A stretch of DNA of 62,761 nt, the filler included, from Coriobacteriales bacterium (GTDB taxonomy: Bacteria > Actinomycetota > Coriobacteriia > Coriobacteriales > UBA8131): the NCBI GenBank assembly GCA_031263105.1. It is 5 parts of 5 records of this genome, joined end to end, with 100 filler letters (N's around TTAATTAATTAA, not from the genome) between each part and the next. Parts side by side here need not be neighbours in the genome. Positions count along the whole stretch, not along the records: positions 1 to 30,718 come from JAISGJ010000077.1; positions 30,819 to 36,862 come from JAISGJ010000224.1; positions 36,963 to 44,731 come from JAISGJ010000151.1; 2 more parts are not named here. One strand, 5' to 3'. Numbering within the stretch: the first letter of the stretch is position 1; each line of letters begins with the position of its first letter. The notes beneath the pieces are model-generated. The model saw only the letters and a list, made by a program, of their open reading frames with translations, was not told where the DNA came from and made no database searches. The translations under genes were made by a program, and so were the position numbers. Positions 27,562 to 37,621 of the stretch are shown here, one piece after another.

Positions 27562-29421
27562 TTGCCAGTATACAATGAAAATTGCCATAGGAAGAAGAAG
27601 CGTATGTCAAAGAATATGGTTAACGAATTGTGCCAGGACTTACTTCGCAATGGGTGGGAGCATGCTTCTGACGACTCGATAATGCGGATGTATTCTGCAG
27701 ATGAGTATGAGAATCTGCGCGATAATGGTGCAGCCGATGTCCAGAGAGGAATACTGATTCAACTCGTTGTTAACGAAGACGGCGAGTATGAGGCCGATGT
27801 CAAAGAGAATAGAACTACAATAATTCCCATGAAATGTGCATTTCCAATTGGCAAAGGAACATGCACTGCCTACGAGACTCTGGGAAAAATATTCCTTGAC
27901 GCCCTTGACCCAGAAGACGGAAGTCAAGGCTATCGCCTTTTTCACCAACACATCCATTTTGACGAGGCTAACAATTTTATTGAATTTATTCGTGTAATAA
28001 TTTTGCCGGTTGACATCGAGTACATCAACAGGATTTTGCCGGTTGACATCGAGTACATCAACAGGAGTGCGGAGATAACCTTTTTGGTGGCGACCGGATT
28101 TGAATTGTTCCTGAATACGGTCATAGATTCAGATGCAGAAAATCTTAGACTTGACGGGGAAGAAGTGAGTAATCCCATTGGGTGGTTCGTTGCCTATTTG
28201 AATAACTTGCGCAGTCTTTACCCCGAATATGTGTGGAAGCGCAGCGAAGAGAATGGCGACGATGAGGATGGCAGTATTGAAAAAATCCAGAAGGATGCTG
28301 AGCAGGGGGATATTGAGGCACAATGGAAATTAGGCTGTTTCCACGACACCGGAACTCACGTGTCGCAGGACTTTGAAAAGGCTGTGTATTGGTACAAGAA
28401 GGCAGCCGAACAGGGCCATGCGGAGGCGGCATACAATTTGGCGATATCGTATAAAGACGGGGAAGGCATCCCGCAGGATTTCGAGAAGGCTGTGTATTGG
28501 TATAAGGAATCCGCAAAACTAGGGGATGCTGATGCGCAAAACTTTTTAGGGGGGTTGTATCATAGCGGCAATGGAGTACCTAAAGATCCCGAAAAGGCCG
28601 TATCTTTGCTTGAAAAGTCAGCTGAACAAGGTCATCTTGAAGCCGCGTATCATTTGGGTGTTTGGTACGTCAGCGGAGACGAGGTGCCGCAGGATTTCGA
28701 GAAAGCGGAACACTGGTGGCATAAGGCAGCAGATGGGGGTCTGGATCTGGCGCAATACAACTTGGGGTTGATGAGCGAAAGGGGCGATGGTGTGCCGCAA
28801 AGTTTTGAGAGCGCTGCGCACTGGTACCAAGAGGCTGCCGAGCAAGGTTACGTTAATGCGCAAATCAAATTGGGAACATTCTACGCAGACGGGCATGGTG
28901 TACCACAGAGCACAGGAAAAGCGGCTCATTGGTTTCAGCAAGCTGCGGAACAAGGGAGCGTCGAGGCACAGGATTCTTTGAAACGACTTCAGGGAGATAC
29001 CTGCGACAAGAACATCGTAGATGAATATTACGAGTATTCTGTATCCGAGGATATGCGCCAGGATAGGTTGGATGCTGTCGATGCGTTGCATCAATTTGAG
29101 GCAACTGGTGCTGTTATTGAAGTTGATTATAACAAGGCTCCGATTACTCCAAGTGACAAAATCGCATGGGCAATCCATTCACTCAGAAAGCAATCTCTTG
29201 ATACCGCCTTGGGATGGCTTGAACAGGCATTCAAATTCTATTTCAGAATAGGTGGAGCAGAATCGTCTTACGTCAAAGATGGTGGGCCGGAATCGTTCCG
29301 GGATATAGATGTTAAAGTTTGGGGTTGCGCTGCGTTTGTTGCCAATTATGAAAGTTATCACGACAGCAAAAACGACAGACCGCTCGCCTCTCTTTGTTCC
29401 AAAATGGGAGCACAGGAGTGA
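27562..29421 (+). CDS. Sel1-repeat protein with uncharacterised N- and C-terminal domains (start probably ATG 27604)
   Basis: About six repeats of A..LG..Y..G.GV.QD.EKA..WY.KAAEQG; low GC. Confidence 0.9.
   Translation: MPVYNENCHRKKKRMSKNMVNELCQDLLRNGWEHASDDSIMRMYSADEYENLRDNGAADVQRGILIQLVVNEDGEYEADVKENRTTIIPMKCAFPIGKGTCTAYETLGKIFLDALDPEDGSQGYRLFHQHIHFDEANNFIEFIRVIILPVDIEYINRILPVDIEYINRSAEITFLVATGFELFLNTVIDSDAENLRLDGEEVSNPIGWFVAYLNNLRSLYPEYVWKRSEENGDDEDGSIEKIQKDAEQGDIEAQWKLGCFHDTGTHVSQDFEKAVYWYKKAAEQGHAEAAYNLAISYKDGEGIPQDFEKAVYWYKESAKLGDADAQNFLGGLYHSGNGVPKDPEKAVSLLEKSAEQGHLEAAYHLGVWYVSGDEVPQDFEKAEHWWHKAADGGLDLAQYNLGLMSERGDGVPQSFESAAHWYQEAAEQGYVNAQIKLGTFYADGHGVPQSTGKAAHWFQQAAEQGSVEAQDSLKRLQGDTCDKNIVDEYYEYSVSEDMRQDRLDAVDALHQFEATGAVIEVDYNKAPITPSDKIAWAIHSLRKQSLDTALGWLEQAFKFYFRIGGAESSYVKDGGPESFRDIDVKVWGCAAFVANYESYHDSKNDRPLASLCSKMGAQE
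28000..28065 (+). repeat. Exact 33-bp tandem duplication, in frame (ILPVDIEYINR x2)
   Basis: ATTTTGCCGGTTGACATCGAGTACATCAACAGG twice. Confidence 0.9.
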
Positions 29422-30718
29422 TTTGCCCTGCTTGCGGTCGCGAGGTCGCCGACGGAGCAGCGCTTTGCCCAGGATGCGGGGCGTCGCTGCGGAAGGATGC
29501 CGAACCCGGCGCACCGCGCAGGCGCGACGGGGAGGGCCTGGCGCCCTGCCCCGTCTGCGGCGACCTGGGCGTCCCCGGTGCGGCCTGCGAGGTATGCTCC
29601 CAAGGCGAGTACGGGGCGCCCGCCCAACCGGCGGCGCCCCCGAGCGACGGCAACGCCCATGTGCCCAGGCGCCTGGCGGCCGACTACGAGTTCGTGCGCC
29701 ATCTGGGCGAGGGCGCCCAGGCCCGCGTGAGCCTGCTGCGCGACAGGGGCGGCGGCGGCCAGGTGGTCCTGAAGAGGTACCACCGCCTGGAGGCCGCGCT
29801 GGACGCCGCGGCCGCGGCCAAGCTGCGGGGGGCCGGGCTTTCCGAGGACGAGTCCGCAGAGATGGGCAGGCACGTGCTGCGGGTGCTGGACCACAACGGC
29901 TCCTACGGGGACAACTGGGAGCTGCAGGAGTACTGCGAGCGGGGCACCCTGGGCGACCTCCTTGCGGCGGCGCCGGGCGGGCGCCTGGCCCTTGAGCGCC
30001 TGAAGGACGTCATCGGGGAGCTGGGCCAGGCCCTCGCCTTCATCCACTCCCTCGATATCATCCACAGGGACCTGAAGCCCTCGAACGTCCTCGTGCGCAC
30101 GGCCGAGCCGCTGGACCTCGTGCTCGCGGACTTCGGCACCGCCAAGGAGCAGCAGCTCTCGCACGGCCGGACCTCCAACGTGCAGGGCACCTACGCCTAC
30201 CTGCCGCCCGAGGCATATTACGGGGCGACGGGCAGGGCGCTCGACTGGTGGGCGCTCGGCATGATAGCCTTCGAGGTCTGTACGGGGCGCCACATCCTCA
30301 GCAGGGGCGACGGCAGGCTCCCGAGCGACATGGAGATAATGCACGCCGTCGGCGAGGGCTCCTACAGGGCGCGGCTGGAGGAGATCGACGACGAGCGCGT
30401 CCGCAGCCTCGTCGAGGGGCTCCTGCTCAGGGACCCCGAGAGCCGCTGGGGCGGTGCGCAGGTCCTGAGCTGGCTCGACGGCCACGACCCCCCGGTCGTC
30501 CGCGACGCGGCGCCCGAGCAGAGGGGCTTCGCAACGAACTGGGCGTTCTTCGTGGAGGGGGTCGCGGAGCCCGTCGCCACGCCGGAGGACCTGAACCGCC
30601 TGCTCAAAGGGCACTGGGAGCATGCCGACGCCCTGTTCGTGCAGATGCCCGACGAGTTCGCGGCATGGCTGGAGAGCGACGGGGCCTACGCCGAGATCGC
30701 CAAGGCCGCCCGGAGCCG
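29418..30718 (+). CDS. Ser/Thr protein kinase with N-terminal zinc ribbons, truncated by the contig end
   Basis: CPACG/CPGCG/CPVCG/CEVC; LGEGAQARV, HRDLKPSN, DFG, YLPPE, DWWALG; GTGA overlap with the Sel1 gene. Confidence 0.88.
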
Positions 30719-30818
30719 NNNNNNNNNNNNNNNNNNNNNNNNNNNNNNNNNNNNNNNNNNNNTTAATTAATTAANNNNNNNNNNNNNNNNNNNNNNNNNN
30801 NNNNNNNNNNNNNNNNNN
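30719..30818. other. Artificial contig linker
   Basis: N44-TTAATTAATTAA-N44. Confidence 0.98.
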
Positions 30819-31082
30819 GGGGGGGCGGTTGGGGGTGGGGCGGGCGCCCCCCCGTTTGGCTTTCGTGCACGGGGTTGGGGGGGGGGGCCGCCCCCCCAAC
30901 CCCCCCGGGGGTTGGCGCCCACCCCCCCCCCCCCCCCCTGTCAAGGTGTCATCGCAAAATACCGAGGATTTTTTTGCGCCTTGTAAAATTTTTGGAATGC
31001 CCTAGAGGATGGGAGAGGCCGGTTGCAGGCCACACCCCACTGCCCTCCCTGTCTCGCCCTCATGGGGCGAAGGGTTCAAATT

Positions 31083-31115
31083 GTCATACGATATTGGTAT
31101 ACTGTATCGTATGAC
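31083..31115. promoter_or_regulatory. Palindromic operator of the TA operon
   Basis: GTCATACGATA-N11-TATCGTATGAC perfect IR enclosing TATACT, directly before SD GAGGAGGT. Confidence 0.7.
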
Positions 31116-31126
31116 GAGGAGGTCGG

Positions 31127-31405
31127 ATGAAGGTAAGGATTTTGCCGCACGCCCTCACACATGGGCTTAGTGTCGAAGAGATTACCTATGCTTGGCAAAG
31201 CCCCGTCCGTTGTCGGCAACAACAAAGCAAGGACGAGCCGCCGCGCTGGATAGCGATAGGGGCGTTGCCGAACGGACAGATGGCAGAAATGGTGGCATTC
31301 GAGGACATATCGGGCGCATGGTGTGTCTTTCATGCAAACACGCCGCCCACAGCGAAGTTCGTAATCGAGCTCGGCTTACGAGGAGGAAGACATGGACGTC
31401 ATTAG
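31127..31405 (+). CDS. BrnT/RelE-like toxin
   Basis: HALTHGLS.EEI.YAW...WIAIG...EMV...VFHA pattern. Confidence 0.7.
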   Translation: MKVRILPHALTHGLSVEEITYAWQSPVRCRQQQSKDEPPRWIAIGALPNGQMAEMVAFEDISGAWCVFHANTPPTAKFVIELGLRGGRHGRH

Positions 31406-31673
31406 AGCAGCAGACGGACAGATGGTCACGAGCGATATGCTCTCTCGCTGGTGCGAGGCATTGGATAAAGACGAGTGGCCGCAAGGCGAGCACAGCGTAG
31501 GAGAGGCCATCAGCGGTCGCCCTCCTTTGAGCGCCGAGGGATCTGCCGTCCTTTCCGTGAAAGTCTCACCGGCCATGAAGCGAGCCATCGAGAACAAGGC
31601 AAAGAGCGAGGGCGTGACGACCAGCGACTTCGTCCGTTCCATGTTGGCAAGCAGTCTTGTCGGCAAGGGTTGA
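31392..31673 (+). CDS. Ribbon-helix-helix (CopG-like) antitoxin
   Basis: GRPPL...LSVKV...AKSEGVTTSDFVRS; overlaps the toxin gene. Confidence 0.78.
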   Translation: MDVIRAADGQMVTSDMLSRWCEALDKDEWPQGEHSVGEAISGRPPLSAEGSAVLSVKVSPAMKRAIENKAKSEGVTTSDFVRSMLASSLVGKG

Positions 31674-31781
31674 CAGGGAACGCATCCCTTGTCAGTCTTT
31701 TAAGTCATGACAGGGGGACGCGCACCTTGACACACCGGATGTGACATACGTCTCCCCGACACACGCGTCCCCCCGACACAC

Positions 31782-31805
31782 GGGCGGATTGCCATCCGCC
31801 CCTAC
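31782..31805 (-). repeat. GTAG-type REP palindrome
   Basis: GTAGGGGCGGATGGCAATCCGCCC on the - strand. Confidence 0.6.
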
Positions 31806-31944
31806 GGGGGAATCGGGCGCCTTGTGGGCAGAGGCGGTTCGCTGCCCAGGGGAGCATCGAGGCGGGCCTTGCGTTGGCATATTCGTTGGGGTCGTGTACA
31901 GTGGTTTCCACACTCGTTTTCTGTCTCGCTTAAAGGAGCGCGTA

Positions 31945-33156
31945 ATGGAGCACCCACAGGCACAGCCGGGCGGCTCGCCGCAGCCGTATCAGCCGCAGCC
32001 GCCGCAGGCACCGCAGCCGCTCCCCTACCAGCAGCCGCAGCCCGCCTACCAACCACAGCCCCGTCCCCCCTACCAGCCGCCGCAGCAGCAGCCGAACCCT
32101 GTGGCTGCTTATCAGCAGCGGCTTCGGACGGTCGCCATGCTGACGATACTTTCGCTGCTCGCGTTCTACGCCATCAACCTGTTTGTGGCGGGCGTGGTCG
32201 GCTTCGCTGCCATGGTCGCAAGCGGCTCGCTGGGAGGCATCTTCTCCGCTGGCTTCGCCGCCGGTCTGGATGCCTCTGGCTCGGGCTCGCCGTTCCCCAG
32301 CCAGTCCTTCACCCAAGACATGCTGCCACAGGATCTCCCCTATGGGCTGGCGAGCATCGCGGGCATCGTTATGGGGGCCTGTGCGCTGTTCATTGTGCGG
32401 GGCAAACGGCTGGTCACCGAAGACCTCACCAAGGTCGCCGAGCGCATCCGCCTGCCCGAGCTTCTTGGGCTGTTCGTCCTTATCCTGGGAATTAACGCCG
32501 TCTTCACCCTTGTCCCTCTCGTGGTGACGACCTTCCTCCCTGGATTGGACTTCCTGTTCGGGGGCACGGAGAACGACCTCTTCCTGCCCTATGTCAACCC
32601 TCCTGGCATACTGTACATCGTGCTCATCGGCCCCATCTTTGAGGAGATCATTTTCCGAGGTGCCATCCTGCGCTCCCTGCAGCCCTTCGGACGCAACTTC
32701 GCCATCGTCATCTCCTCGCTCCTGTTCGGCCTGTACCACCTGTTCCTGTTCCAAGGAACCTTCGCCTTCTTCGTCGGGATACTGCTCGCGTGGTGCACGC
32801 TGCGCTTCTCCATCAAATGGGCAATGCTCCTACATGTGCTCAACAACGCGATGTCGATGCTGCTTGCGTATCTCAACATCGACCCCCTCATCGTCATCGG
32901 CATCTACCTCCTGTTCCTTGTGCTGGGACTCATAGCCGCGCTGCGCATGTACCCGCGCTTCCCGCAGCAGCTGCACGAAGGCAAGCCGGCAGACATCCTC
33001 CTCGCTCCCGGTGCTCCCGGTGCTCCCTTCGGACAGCCCTCCTCCGTCGCCGTCGCCAAGGCGCACCCCTTCGCAGTCACCTTCACCAGCGCATGGTTCA
33101 TCGTAGGTATCTCAATCGCCTTCGTCATCAGCGCACTGACCATGCTCCTCCTTTGA
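31945..33156 (+). CDS. CPBP (CAAX/Abi) intramembrane metalloprotease with a Pro/Gln-rich N-terminus
   Basis: PIFEEIIFRG, FGLYH, HVLNN; SD AAGGAG. Confidence 0.9.
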   Translation: MEHPQAQPGGSPQPYQPQPPQAPQPLPYQQPQPAYQPQPRPPYQPPQQQPNPVAAYQQRLRTVAMLTILSLLAFYAINLFVAGVVGFAAMVASGSLGGIFSAGFAAGLDASGSGSPFPSQSFTQDMLPQDLPYGLASIAGIVMGACALFIVRGKRLVTEDLTKVAERIRLPELLGLFVLILGINAVFTLVPLVVTTFLPGLDFLFGGTENDLFLPYVNPPGILYIVLIGPIFEEIIFRGAILRSLQPFGRNFAIVISSLLFGLYHLFLFQGTFAFFVGILLAWCTLRFSIKWAMLLHVLNNAMSMLLAYLNIDPLIVIGIYLLFLVLGLIAALRMYPRFPQQLHEGKPADILLAPGAPGAPFGQPSSVAVAKAHPFAVTFTSAWFIVGISIAFVISALTMLLL

Positions 33157-33182
33157 CCCACCACCGGAGCAGGACGGAACCC

Positions 33183-34625
33183 TCACGCGCCTGGATGCTC
33201 CACGAGATCGATGAGCTCTTGTTGGGTGTGGACGCCCAGCTTGGTGTAGATGTGGCGCACGTGGGCCTTCGCGGTGTTGTAGGAGATGTGAAGCTCCTCT
33301 TGGATCACCTTGCTGTTGCGCCCGCGTGCCAGCAGATAGAACACCTCCCGCTCCCGCGCAGTGAGGTCGAAGCGCGAGCCCAGCGCCTCGCAGCCACCCT
33401 CGATCTGTCGTGCGCTGTCAGGTGCGCTCGCCGCTGCGGCCGGCTCGATGTTCTCCACACCCTCCACGGTGCGCTTGAAGCTGAAGTCCTTGAGCACGAT
33501 CAGGATGTACGCCACAAAGACGAGAACCACGGCGGCCCCAAGGAAGGAGGTCACAACGGAATCGACCTCGTAGTACCGGTTGGTAAAGCGCCCGAAGTTC
33601 GCGCCGACGAGCGTAGCCAAGGAGTTGAGGGCATAGACCCATGAGAAGATCACCAAGGCGTTCGCGCGGTTCTTGGAGCTCAGAATCACAAAGAGGGAGA
33701 GGAGGAGAACCTCGAAGAGGCCCACCCCGCTGGAGAGCAGGGTGTTGACGATCAGGCTGCTGTTCCTCCCGTCGGCGGACAGGGCAAGGAACCCTGCAAC
33801 GATGCAGAGCACCGCAGCGGGGAACAGGCGGTCGGGGTTGAGCGCGCCCTTCTCAAGCACCATAACGAGGAGCAGGGCGACCAGCGGCACGACGGTGAAG
33901 CCCGCAAGCAGCGGGACGCGCCCTATCTCGCCGAAGGTGAGCATGTAGCCGTACACGAAGCGAAACAGCACGAGGCAGACGAAGACCTGATTGCTGAAGG
34001 GGATAAAGGACGCCGGTCGGGTGACCGCCGCCTGAGCCGGTGCCTCTGCGGCAAAAATGTAGGCGAGCAGAGAGCGTGCGTGAGGCGTGACGAGCGCAAG
34101 GGCTATGACGGGCGCGACGATATAGACGCACAGCCCCACGCCGGGCGGCAGGGCGATGAAGGCCCAGCGCAGCGCGTAGGCGACAAGATAGGCGGCAGCG
34201 ACACAGATGCCCGTGCCCCGCAGCCCCATCTTTGTGCAGGAGATCCCCGTGACGACCGAGACCAGCCCACTGGCAACCGTGGAGAGCCAGGCCCCCGCAA
34301 GCAGGAGGGCGATGGAGTCGAAGTAGAACCCGCAGACCATGAGCAGAGCCCCCGCAAGCACGATGGACTGGATGCCCGATATGACCGGCAGGCCCTTGAA
34401 GAGCGACGGCCTCCAGGCCGCCACAAGCGCGATGGCCACAAGCGTGAGCCCGCCGGCAGCGGCGCTTATCTCCCGTGCCCAGATGAAGATGGGGTCGAAC
34501 AGGGGAAAGACGTACTGATTAAGGAGCCAATACCCCAAGAACCCAAGCATCAGCGCAAGAAACAGGGCGGCATAGGTCTTACGGCCACCGCTGTCCGCAA
34601 GCTCAGGGAAGCGATGATTGATCAT
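33183..34625 (-). CDS. Membrane-bound LuxR-family regulator
   Basis: Multi-TM; LTAREREVFYLLARGRN...ISYNTAKAHVRHIYTKLG. Confidence 0.92.
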   Translation of the reverse strand: MINHRFPELADSGGRKTYAALFLALMLGFLGYWLLNQYVFPLFDPIFIWAREISAAAGGLTLVAIALVAAWRPSLFKGLPVISGIQSIVLAGALLMVCGFYFDSIALLLAGAWLSTVASGLVSVVTGISCTKMGLRGTGICVAAAYLVAYALRWAFIALPPGVGLCVYIVAPVIALALVTPHARSLLAYIFAAEAPAQAAVTRPASFIPFSNQVFVCLVLFRFVYGYMLTFGEIGRVPLLAGFTVVPLVALLLVMVLEKGALNPDRLFPAAVLCIVAGFLALSADGRNSSLIVNTLLSSGVGLFEVLLLSLFVILSSKNRANALVIFSWVYALNSLATLVGANFGRFTNRYYEVDSVVTSFLGAAVVLVFVAYILIVLKDFSFKRTVEGVENIEPAAAASAPDSARQIEGGCEALGSRFDLTAREREVFYLLARGRNSKVIQEELHISYNTAKAHVRHIYTKLGVHTQQELIDLVEHPGA

Positions 34626-34848
34626 TGCACGCCGTCTCCCATCCGTGTCCGTTCCCCTGCCTCACCCGCGCCTTTGCTCCCACGAATAACCCTGCGAAGG
34701 TGAGACGAAAGTCCATTGTACTACCTATGATTACCCGCCGCGAGGGACGACGCGGCGCCCATCGCGCCGTATCCTTGCCTTACAGGGAAGCGCCGCATCG
34801 CCCGTTGCGCCTCCCCGGGAACGCCGAATACGCGGCGCTCTCCGAAAA

Positions 34849-36654
34849 ATGAAGGAGGAAACCATGAAGAGCACGTCAAGGAGCACGGCACGCATGGACG
34901 CCGGGCACGCCGGGCACGCAAAGGACGGCGACGGGCCGCTCGCCGTTCACGAGGCCGACACGGAGGTGTCGGAAGGCCTGAGCCGCCGGAGCTTCCTCAC
35001 CGGAGCCCTCGCCGCAACAGCCGTCGCGTCGGCAGGGGCCCTGGTCGGCTGCGGAGGGACGCCGAAGGCTGCTGCGGTCGACGAGAAGGCGGCGGCACCG
35101 GCCGCGACGGACTGGCTGGGAAGCGAGCCGGTCATCGAGACCATCGACGAGACCATCGAGACCGAGGTGCTGGTGGCGGGCGGCGGCACGGGCGGCCTGT
35201 TTGCCGCATGCGCCGCAGCCGAGGAGGGCGCACAGGTCGTCGTGCTCGAGAAGTCGACCTTCAGCGGAGGCGTGCGCGACAACATCGCCGCCATCAACAG
35301 CCGTCTTCAGCAGGAGAACAACTGCGTCATCGACACGGAGGGGCTGCTCCTCGACATGACGCGCTACGCCAACGGGCAGTGCGACGCACGGCTTCACCGG
35401 CTGTGGGCGAACATCTCGGGCGAGATGGTGGACTGGTATCAGGACAGGATAGAGGAGCGCGACCTCCAGCTCTTCCACGAGGCCGACTTCACGAACAACG
35501 AGACGCTCTACCGCCACTACGCGACCGGCCATATCCCCTCCTGGCCCGCAGACGCAGAGTTCGCCGGCATCCCCGTCGAGGTGAACGGCAAGCACGTCCT
35601 CGGGGACTACGCCCGCAGCAAGGGCGCCGAGTTCCACTTCGAGACGCGCATGATAAAGCTCGTGAAGGAAGGCGCGAGGGTCGTCGGCGCCATCGCACAG
35701 GACGGCGACGGGCGCTACATCCAGATCAACGCGAGCAAGGGCGTTATCGTGGCGACCGGCGGCTATGCCTGGAATCAGGAGATGCTCGATGCGCTTCAGC
35801 CCCACACGCAGAACATGTACTCCCTGTGCATAGCCGTCCCCGGCACGGAGGGCGACGGCATCAAGGCCTGCCTGTGGGCGGGCGCCAAGATGGACGACAC
35901 GCATCTGGGCATGGTGTTCGACCGCGTCGCGGTCATGCCAAACGAGGTGGGCGGCCACGAGACGACCGGCAAGATGATGTGGATAGGCTCCAACCCTTGG
36001 CTCAAGGTCAACCTCAAGGGCGAGCGCTACTGCAACGAGAGCTCCCCTTACTCCTATTGCGTGCAGGCCGCGACGACCCAGCCCGACAACACCTTCTGCA
36101 CCATATGGGACTCGGACTGGGAGCGCTACGTCGCACAGTTCGACATACACGGCTGCGCCCGCGTGGTTCCCTTTGACAACGGCGCCCCCACCAACGTGCC
36201 GCTTGAGGCCGAGAAGGCCATGAACGCGGCGCTTATCGAGGAGGGCTACATCCAGCAGGCGGACACCATAGAGGAGCTTGCAGAGAAGCTCAACATTCCT
36301 GCGGACGCCTTCGCAGCGACCGTCGCCCGCCAGAACGAGAACTTCGACAACCAGACAGACCCCGACTTTGGGAAGGAGCCCTTCCGGCTCTCCGCCCTCA
36401 GAACCGCACCGTTCTTCGGGGCCCGCACCTCGGGCTACCTGCTCTGCACCCTGGACGGCATCCAGATCGACACCAACGTGCAGGCGCTCGACGCCAAGGG
36501 CAGCCCCATCGAGGGGCTTTACGTGGTAGGCAACGACTCCGGGTCCTACTATTCCAACATCTACCCCAACCTCTCCACCGGCAACGCCGCCGGACGAACC
36601 TGCGCCTTCGGCCGCCGCGCCGGCAAGATCGCAGCCACCGGCAGCGCCGACTAG
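34849..36654 (+). CDS. Tat-exported FAD-dependent oxidoreductase (start may be 34864)
   Basis: SRRSFL, LVGC, VAGGGTGG, VATGGY, GLYVVGND. Confidence 0.92.
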   Translation: MKEETMKSTSRSTARMDAGHAGHAKDGDGPLAVHEADTEVSEGLSRRSFLTGALAATAVASAGALVGCGGTPKAAAVDEKAAAPAATDWLGSEPVIETIDETIETEVLVAGGGTGGLFAACAAAEEGAQVVVLEKSTFSGGVRDNIAAINSRLQQENNCVIDTEGLLLDMTRYANGQCDARLHRLWANISGEMVDWYQDRIEERDLQLFHEADFTNNETLYRHYATGHIPSWPADAEFAGIPVEVNGKHVLGDYARSKGAEFHFETRMIKLVKEGARVVGAIAQDGDGRYIQINASKGVIVATGGYAWNQEMLDALQPHTQNMYSLCIAVPGTEGDGIKACLWAGAKMDDTHLGMVFDRVAVMPNEVGGHETTGKMMWIGSNPWLKVNLKGERYCNESSPYSYCVQAATTQPDNTFCTIWDSDWERYVAQFDIHGCARVVPFDNGAPTNVPLEAEKAMNAALIEEGYIQQADTIEELAEKLNIPADAFAATVARQNENFDNQTDPDFGKEPFRLSALRTAPFFGARTSGYLLCTLDGIQIDTNVQALDAKGSPIEGLYVVGNDSGSYYSNIYPNLSTGNAAGRTCAFGRRAGKIAATGSAD

Positions 36655-36862
36655 AGCCAGCTTCGGTTCGCGGCTCGCAACACGTCAGCCGCGCACACCG
36701 CACGCACAGCCCTTTCTTGGGCGCGGCCTCATCCGGCTGCGCTCGGGGGGGGGGGGGGGGGGGGATCGATTATTAACGAGGGATGCGGCCAGGCCGGCCG
36801 TGTCCACATAACCCCCTTCGCCGCTGTATCGAAAAACGTTTGAGGTTTAATTGGATGTGTAA

Positions 36863-36962
36863 NNNNNNNNNNNNNNNNNNNNNNNNNNNNNNNNNNNNNN
36901 NNNNNNTTAATTAATTAANNNNNNNNNNNNNNNNNNNNNNNNNNNNNNNNNNNNNNNNNNNN
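36863..36962. other. Artificial contig linker
   Basis: N-TTAATTAATTAA-N, 100 nt. Confidence 0.98.
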
Positions 36963-37000
36963 AGCTGTCGGGGGGCGGGGCGGGGCGGGGCGGTAACGCT

Positions 37001-37621
37001 TCATGCCAACCGCGCCGTTCGCTTCCGCGCGATAAAGAGCGCCGCAAAGATCAGCGGCGGGACGAAGAGCATGCCAATGTAGTAGTGCGAGTACATCATC
37101 AAATTGTAAAGCGAGTGAAAGGTCGCCGAGAGGCACAGCAGCCCGCAGACGAGGCAGAGCAGGAAAATCTTGTTGCGCTGGAAATAGAAGGCGCCGAACG
37201 ACACGGCGCAGGTGCAGAGGGCGTGCATCAGCGCAGTCGAGGCGCCGCGCGCAATCGCCCAGAACAGCCCGACATCGAAATTGCCCATCGCAACATAGCT
37301 GATGTTCTCGTAAATGGCGAACCCGAACCCGACCGCCGCCCCCATGGCGATGAGCCGCTCTTTGCTCGGCTTGAAGATCAGCGCATAGGCGAACACGGGC
37401 AACGCCTTGAACGCCTCCTCGCCGATCGGTGCAACGTAAATCGAGTACTGCTTGAAGTCGCCGCCGGAAAGCTCGATGAAGTAGTGCGAGACGTTGACGA
37501 GAAAGAGCGCAACGAACATGCCGACGACCAGGAACAGGAGCAGCTGCCGAGAGCTTCCTTTTTCCAGCAAGAGCAGGAGCGAGAGGGGGACGCAGACGAC
37601 GATGAACAGCGTAAGCTCCAT
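37001..37621 (-). CDS. PrsW-family intramembrane metalloprotease
   Basis: APIGEEAFK, GFGFAIYEN, ARG...MHA, FHSLYN. Confidence 0.88.
   Translation of the reverse strand: MELTLFIVVCVPLSLLLLLEKGSSRQLLLFLVVGMFVALFLVNVSHYFIELSGGDFKQYSIYVAPIGEEAFKALPVFAYALIFKPSKERLIAMGAAVGFGFAIYENISYVAMGNFDVGLFWAIARGASTALMHALCTCAVSFGAFYFQRNKIFLLCLVCGLLCLSATFHSLYNLMMYSHYYIGMLFVPPLIFAALFIARKRTARLA

Noticed and set aside
30719..30818. TTAATTAATTAA palindrome (also in the three other gaps)
   Set aside because: Artificial all-frame stop linker inside N runs
30819..30960. G/C homopolymer tracts (also 36744-36765 and 49980-50077) as G-quadruplex or phase-variation sites
   Set aside because: They lie at contig ends and look like low-quality sequence
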